From a virus (lineage: Duplodnaviria; Caudoviricetes), in IMG/VR virus record IMGVR_UViG_3300020044_000238, positions 1-29,334 of that record: 29,334 nucleotides of DNA; one strand, written 5' to 3'. Positions 25,362-29,334 of the stretch are shown piece by piece. The notes beneath the pieces were generated by a model. That model worked only from the letters and a program-made list of their open reading frames with translations. It was not told the origin of the DNA and ran no database searches. How positions within the stretch are numbered: position 1 is the first letter of the stretch; each line of letters opens with the position of its first letter. The position numbers and the translations under genes were made by a program.

Positions 25362-26423
25362 ATGCCTAAGCGAGTTATTTCTGACGAAAAACTGATTGCT
25401 TGCTTACGAAAGAACAAAGGAATTAGGGCGGTAGCCGCCAGAGAACTAGGGATTAGCGTCCGCAACATTACGGTGCGGGCTGGCGACCTAATCGCAAAAG
25501 GGGTGGAGGGACTAGAGTCGACCTACCAGGCGCCTCGTCCCGAAGAAAAGGACTTTGAGTTTACCCCGTTGCCGATAAACGACGTGTCCATTGAAGAACT
25601 GATTGCTCACCGCAAACGTCAGTTCGCCAACAAACGCAACTACGAAGAAGCGTCAAAGCTAATCCCGATCCGCATTAAGATCGACGGCGCCATTGGCATC
25701 CTGCACTTTGGCGACCCGCACGTCGACGACGACGGCACCGACATCGAAGCCCTAGAACGTCATACGGCGCTCGTAAACGCCACCAAGGGGCTTTTTGCCG
25801 TGAACGTGGGCGACACCACGAACAACTGGGTCGGGCGTTTGGCGCGGCTATACGCCGATCAGAGTACGTCAGCGGCGCAGGCCTGGCGGTTGGCCGAGTG
25901 GTTCGTTGGCCGGTGCAACTGGCTATACATGATCTCGGGCAACCATGACGCCTGGTCGGGCGCGGGTGACCCGCTACGCTGGATCGCCAAGCAACAGGAC
26001 GCGCTCTACAAGTCGTCTGAGGCGCGTATTGCGCTGAAGTTCCCGAACGGCCTCGAGGTTCGCGTCAATGCTCGACACGACCACTCGGGTTCGTCGATCT
26101 GGAACCCGGCGCACGGCCCGATGAAGGCGGCCATCATGGGAACCCGAGACCACATCTACGTCGCCGGGCACAAGCACGAGTCGGCCTATAGCGTTCTAAA
26201 AGACGCGATAACCGGCATCACCATGCACGCGCTGAAGGTGGCCTCGTACAAGGTGTATGACCGTTTCGCAAAGGATAAAGGCTTCCGCGACAACGCGCTT
26301 TCGCCCTGCGTCTTGACGACGATTAACCCTGCGCTGCCGGAAGGGCATCCAGACTTGGTGAAAGTGTGGTGGGAACCACAGGAAGGGGCGGACTATCTGA
26401 AGTTCCTGCGACGAGGGCTTTAA
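25362..26423 (+). CDS. Calcineurin-like metallophosphoesterase with N-terminal HTH
   Basis: GDPH, VGD, GNHD, RHDH and GHKH motifs; N-terminal LRKNKGIRAVAARELGISVRNI (Fis-like HTH); SD GAGGA. Confidence 0.85.
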   Translation: MPKRVISDEKLIACLRKNKGIRAVAARELGISVRNITVRAGDLIAKGVEGLESTYQAPRPEEKDFEFTPLPINDVSIEELIAHRKRQFANKRNYEEASKLIPIRIKIDGAIGILHFGDPHVDDDGTDIEALERHTALVNATKGLFAVNVGDTTNNWVGRLARLYADQSTSAAQAWRLAEWFVGRCNWLYMISGNHDAWSGAGDPLRWIAKQQDALYKSSEARIALKFPNGLEVRVNARHDHSGSSIWNPAHGPMKAAIMGTRDHIYVAGHKHESAYSVLKDAITGITMHALKVASYKVYDRFAKDKGFRDNALSPCVLTTINPALPEGHPDLVKVWWEPQEGADYLKFLRRGL

Positions 26424-26595
26424 GCTCTTTTCGCTCGCGGCTGGCGCGGAGCGCGCAGTACCGTTGATGAAGACGCTTCACAAACGTACCGCGCTTCGCC
26501 CCGGCCACTTCCTCGAGTAGCGTCGACTTGACCTCATCCTCGGACAGTTTGTTGAGGACGGCGTTCAGTTCATTCCAGTTCTTAATCATAGACAC
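26323..26595 (-). CDS. Conserved small phage protein; overlaps the convergent gene by 101 nt
   Basis: WNELN..L..LSEDEV...RLHQRYCALRASRER; last gene of the minus operon. Confidence 0.7.
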   Translation of the reverse strand: MSMIKNWNELNAVLNKLSEDEVKSTLLEEVAGAKRGTFVKRLHQRYCALRASRERKELKALVAGTSDSPPLPVVPTTLSPSLDALPAAQG

Positions 26596-26607
26596 TACTG
26601 TAACAAG

Positions 26608-26916
26608 TTATTTTACACGGCTCAAGTACAGGGCTTGCAAGGCGCAAACCGTGTCGGCGGCGTTCCGAGCCTCGTACCACTCGCCCTTCGGCTCAAACAA
26701 GCTCTGAAACCGCTTCTGGCCGTCTCTCAGCCGTCCGCCGCTATCCTTGACCTCTACCCAACAGGTCCACGGCGCGCCGATCTGAGCCTCTCTGGAGACG
26801 AGCAGGTCGGGGATACTGTGACCCGCCGACCCAAAGTCGATAACGTCAAACCCTGCCGCCCGTAGCGCGGTCACTATTTCCTTGTGGTTGTTGTCCCTGC
26901 GTTTCGCGTAGCGCAT
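26608..26916 (-). CDS. PD-(D/E)XK nuclease, VRR-NUC / resolvase-like
   Basis: RDNNHKEIVTALR...IPDLLV...VEVKD...LRDGQKRF. Confidence 0.8.
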   Translation of the reverse strand: MRYAKRRDNNHKEIVTALRAAGFDVIDFGSAGHSIPDLLVSREAQIGAPWTCWVEVKDSGGRLRDGQKRFQSLFEPKGEWYEARNAADTVCALQALYLSRVK

Positions 26917-27226
26917 TTTCTTCCATCCGTCGTTGTAATCGAGTGACGCCCATTTCGCCCCACAGGTGCCGAACCATGCCTCGGACGTGTGGGTCGCCTA
27001 GCACGTCTTCCGGTTTCGCCTCACGTACTATGCCGCCAATCATGCCCTTCAGTTCGTCGGTCATCATCTTACGGGTTTCCCACGGGCCGACCGTAATGCG
27101 CCCGAGATAGGCGTCGGCCAGGCGCAACTTGCCCATAGGGGTTGCAGCGATCTCCGCCCACATTTGGACGTTGCCGGCGACCATGTAGCTAATGTCGCTA
27201 CTGACGATTGATTTGTCGTTATTCAT
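26846..27226 (-). CDS. Hypothetical protein (126 aa)
   Basis: Start overlaps the MTase stop; fills the operon gap. Confidence 0.65.
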   Translation of the reverse strand: MNNDKSIVSSDISYMVAGNVQMWAEIAATPMGKLRLADAYLGRITVGPWETRKMMTDELKGMIGGIVREAKPEDVLGDPHVRGMVRHLWGEMGVTRLQRRMEENALRETQGQQPQGNSDRATGGRV

Positions 27227-28082
27227 TGTCCACCTTGTTGATTCGTTCTCCGATCCACTTCATGCACGGCACCGCCATGCTATTACCTAATGCTTTGTAC
27301 CGAGGGTGATCCGGTGCTTCCGGCTTCTTGCGCCACGGTATGTTGGTATAGCCGTCTGGGAAACCTTGCAGGCGTTCCCATTCTTCGCAAGTCAGCCAAC
27401 GCGCTTTCCCATTTGTGCAAACCAGTATTTTTGACTGCGCAGCTAATGCCATGCTTATGTTTATTTCATGAATTGGGCTTTGAGAGCCATGAACGCAAAT
27501 GGGTGCATTTGTATCGCACGCTTTTCTATTCGGCGGAGAATCCCGGCGCACGCTTTCGCGCTCAAAAAGAACCTTTGCGGCACGCTCCCAGTCTCCAAGG
27601 TGTCCGACAACGAACACACGGCGGCGGCGTTGGGCCACTCCGAACCATTGAGCGTCCAAGACCCGGTAGGCCCACCCATACCCCAAGTCCCCCAACGCGC
27701 CGAGGAAGGAACCAAAATCCCGTCCTCCGTTGGATGACAAGACACCGGGGACGTTTTCCCAGACAACCCATCTAGGTTGGTAACGCCGAGCGATCTCAAG
27801 GTAGGTAAGCATGAGTCCGCCTCGAGGGTCGGCAAGCCCTGCGCGAAGTCCTGCGACACTAAAGGATTGGCAGGGTGTTCCTCCAACGAGAAGGTCAACT
27901 GATTCATCGGGCCACTCTCCGTATTTCGTCATGTCCCCAACATTCGGGACGGTCGGGTAATGATGCTTGAGCACGGCAGACGGGAACGGTTCAATTTCGC
28001 TGAACCATGCCGGCGTCCACCCCATGTGATGCCACGCTACGGTTGCGGCTTCGATCCCGCTACAAACGCTTATGTAACGCAT
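27219..28082 (-). CDS. DNA (cytosine-5) methyltransferase (287 aa)
   Basis: Motifs I SVCSGIEA, IV GGTPCQSFS, VI ENVPG, VIII QRRRRVF, IX RWLT..EWERLQGFP, X KALGNS. ATG 28082 is coupled to the cro-like stop. Confidence 0.95.
   Translation of the reverse strand: MRYISVCSGIEAATVAWHHMGWTPAWFSEIEPFPSAVLKHHYPTVPNVGDMTKYGEWPDESVDLLVGGTPCQSFSVAGLRAGLADPRGGLMLTYLEIARRYQPRWVVWENVPGVLSSNGGRDFGSFLGALGDLGYGWAYRVLDAQWFGVAQRRRRVFVVGHLGDWERAAKVLFERESVRRDSPPNRKACDTNAPICVHGSQSPIHEINISMALAAQSKILVCTNGKARWLTCEEWERLQGFPDGYTNIPWRKKPEAPDHPRYKALGNSMAVPCMKWIGERINKVDNE
27461..27907 (-). CDS. Nested alternative-frame gene in the MTase (M.EcoHK31I beta-polypeptide-like)
   Basis: 148 aa, same strand, different frame; GGAG 9 nt before ATG; SLSDTLETGSVPQRFFLSAKACAGILRR motif. 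Confidence 0.7.
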   Translation of the reverse strand: MNQLTFSLEEHPANPLVSQDFAQGLPTLEADSCLPTLRSLGVTNLDGLSGKTSPVSCHPTEDGILVPSSARWGTWGMGGPTGSWTLNGSEWPNAAAVCSLSDTLETGSVPQRFFLSAKACAGILRRIEKRAIQMHPFAFMALKAQFMK

Positions 28083-28237
28083 CAAACTTGCTTCCACATA
28101 AGCAGGATTTGATACTGGCGTAGTTTCGGAATTTTGTTGTCCCGAAACCACTTGTTGATTGACTGGCGTGTGATCCCAAGCGCCTTGGCAGCGGCGTTTT
28201 GAGAGCCGTACTTTTTGATTAAATCTTTTGGAGTCAT
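28082..28237 (-). CDS. Cro-like HTH repressor (51 aa, absent from the ORF track)
   Basis: MTPKDLIKKYGSQNAAAKALGITRQSINKWFRDNKIPKLRQYQILLMWKQV; HTH pattern AAKALGITRQSINKW. Confidence 0.88.
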   Translation of the reverse strand: MTPKDLIKKYGSQNAAAKALGITRQSINKWFRDNKIPKLRQYQILLMWKQV

Positions 28238-28243
28238 GCGGGC

Positions 28244-28284
28244 AGGTTAAGAGTGTTGACAGGGGATGTCAACCTAGACATACT
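28244..28284. promoter_or_regulatory. Overlapping divergent sigma70 promoters with palindromic -35 boxes
   Basis: Plus strand: TTGACA 28256-61, 17 nt, CATACT 28279-84. Minus strand: TTGACA 28272-67, 17 nt, TAACCT 28249-44. Confidence 0.88.
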
Positions 28285-28318
28285 TGCCTCCGAGGATTGG
28301 CCTCGCATGGAGATTCAA

Positions 28319-28534
28319 ATGGATGACATTCACGAACAAATGCTCGTTGAGATGGAGCGCGATGCGCTTCGCATGGAGCAGGACAAGGCGGAGATGGCGA
28401 TGTTCAACGTCATCGAGGCGGTCAACGAGTTAAACCGCATTGACGCCGAAGGAGCAGTTGAGCTCCATTCACTTTTCGGTGACGTTCTCAAAAACATCGA
28501 CATTGCAATCGCAAAGCTCTCGGAGGGCAAATAA
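28319..28534 (+). CDS. Acidic helical early protein (71 aa)
   Basis: GGAG at 28309-12 before ATG 28319; first gene after the rightward promoter. Confidence 0.7.
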   Translation: MDDIHEQMLVEMERDALRMEQDKAEMAMFNVIEAVNELNRIDAEGAVELHSLFGDVLKNIDIAIAKLSEGK

Positions 28535-29116
28535 ATGAAGGTTTACGAAAAGATTGCGGCGGTTACCGCCGATCTGTCGCGCATTGGCATTGCGAAAGAT
28601 TCCAAGAACGCCCAGCAGGGCTATCAGTTCAGAGGGATCGACCAAGTATACGGCGCGCTTTCGCCGCTATTGTCGAAGCACGGCCTGTGCATCCTGCCTC
28701 GAGTAAAGGATCGGCAGGTGCTGGAGCGGCAAACCAAGTCGGGCGGCGCGTTGTTCTACACGACGCTTATCGTCGAGTTCGACTTTGTGGCCGCAGAGGA
28801 TGGCTCCAAGCACACGGTAATCACAGTCGGGGAGGCAATGGACAGTGGTGACAAGTCGTCTAATAAAGCGATGTCTGCTGCGTATAAGTATGCTGCTTTT
28901 CAAACTTTCTGTATCCCGACCGAGGCGGACAATGACGCCGATGCAACGACGCATGAGGTTGCTGCGGCGCCTGTGACCGATCCTGCCATCGAAACCGCGA
29001 TTGACCTTGCGGCGAACATGGCGGAACTGACTTCGCTTTTCAAGCAGTTGTCGCCCGAGGAGCGTAAAGCGCATCAAGCGTTGTTCACCGCTCGCAAGGC
29101 AAAGTTGGGGGCTTGA
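28535..29116 (+). CDS. erf: ERF-family single-strand annealing protein
   Basis: YQFRGIDQVY...GEAMDSGDKSSNKAMSAAYKYAAFQTFCIPTE...DAD. Confidence 0.88.
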   Translation: MKVYEKIAAVTADLSRIGIAKDSKNAQQGYQFRGIDQVYGALSPLLSKHGLCILPRVKDRQVLERQTKSGGALFYTTLIVEFDFVAAEDGSKHTVITVGEAMDSGDKSSNKAMSAAYKYAAFQTFCIPTEADNDADATTHEVAAAPVTDPAIETAIDLAANMAELTSLFKQLSPEERKAHQALFTARKAKLGA

Positions 29117-29334
29117 TGGAACAGAGAACGCCAGAATGGTTTGCCGAGCGAATCGGCAAGGTGACTGCTAGCCGAGTTGCCGACGTTGTAGCGCGCACGA
29201 AGTCTGGTTACGCCGCCTCTCGAGCGAACTACTTGGCCGAGTTGGTTTGCGAGCGCCTTACGGGCAAACGTGAGGAGGGCTTTATTAACGCGGCAATGCA
29301 GTGGGGCATTGACCAAGAGTCCGCCGCTCGTGAC
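29116..29334 (+). CDS. YqaJ / lambda-type exonuclease (runs off the window)
   Basis: MEQRTPEWFAERIGKVTASRVADV...NAAMQWGIDQESAAR; TGATG coupling to erf. Confidence 0.9.
   Translation, partial: MEQRTPEWFAERIGKVTASRVADVVARTKSGYAASRANYLAELVCERLTGKREEGFINAAMQWGIDQESAARD

Larger units (their letters stand above)
1..29334. mobile_element. Tailed bacteriophage genome segment (P22-like podovirus morphogenesis, lysis, early regulation and recombination genes)
   Basis: Densely packed, translationally coupled genes: coat, scaffold, gp10-like hub, tailspike, holin, endolysin, ERF, YqaJ, Cro-like. No host housekeeping genes. Confidence 0.97.

Noticed and set aside
1994-28318. ORF-track starts at 1994, 2490, 16465, 18843, 28151 and 28253
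   Set aside because: Downstream ATGs (2078, 2514, 16504, 18858, 28082, 28319) have SDs or stop/start coupling and avoid long overlaps with neighbouring genes or promoters.
1-29334. Genome-wide TAG-to-Gln recoding (code 15)
   Set aside because: Standard-code coding density is already near complete; only one internal TAG is seen; no suppressor tRNA in the window.

Overview
The whole window is tailed-phage DNA (podovirus-like, mostly high GC); no host genes, tRNAs, CRISPR or integrase are visible. Left part (1-11699, + strand): a Gln/Ala-rich protein with a C-terminal peptidase-S74 chaperone domain, two or three probable DNA-ejection/internal virion proteins, a pentapeptide-periodic fibre, and a fibre-accessory cluster (Gly-rich protein, XkdW-like protein, TIGR02466-type 2OG-Fe(II) oxygenase, small proteins). 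From a promoter at about 11711 a P22-like head/tail operon follows: scaffold, gp5-type coat, gp4-like adaptor, gp10-like hub, pectate-lyase-type tailspike, a DDxxD-motif protein, and a SECOND set of three ejection-type proteins. Then come lysis genes (three small membrane proteins, 3TM holin, M15 endolysin) and an HTH-metallophosphoesterase. A minus-strand operon (leaderless Cro-like repressor, C5 cytosine methyltransferase with a nested out-of-frame gene, VRR-NUC-like nuclease) faces ERF and YqaJ recombination genes across overlapping divergent promoters. Most notable: two apparently independent ejection/fibre modules in one contig (mosaic, dual system or assembly chimera); the isoprenoid-synthase-like DDxxD protein in the ejection cassette; the nested MTase gene; and an exact 18-residue Gln/Asn periodicity in the S74 protein. 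All family assignments come from motif recognition by eye, not database searches.
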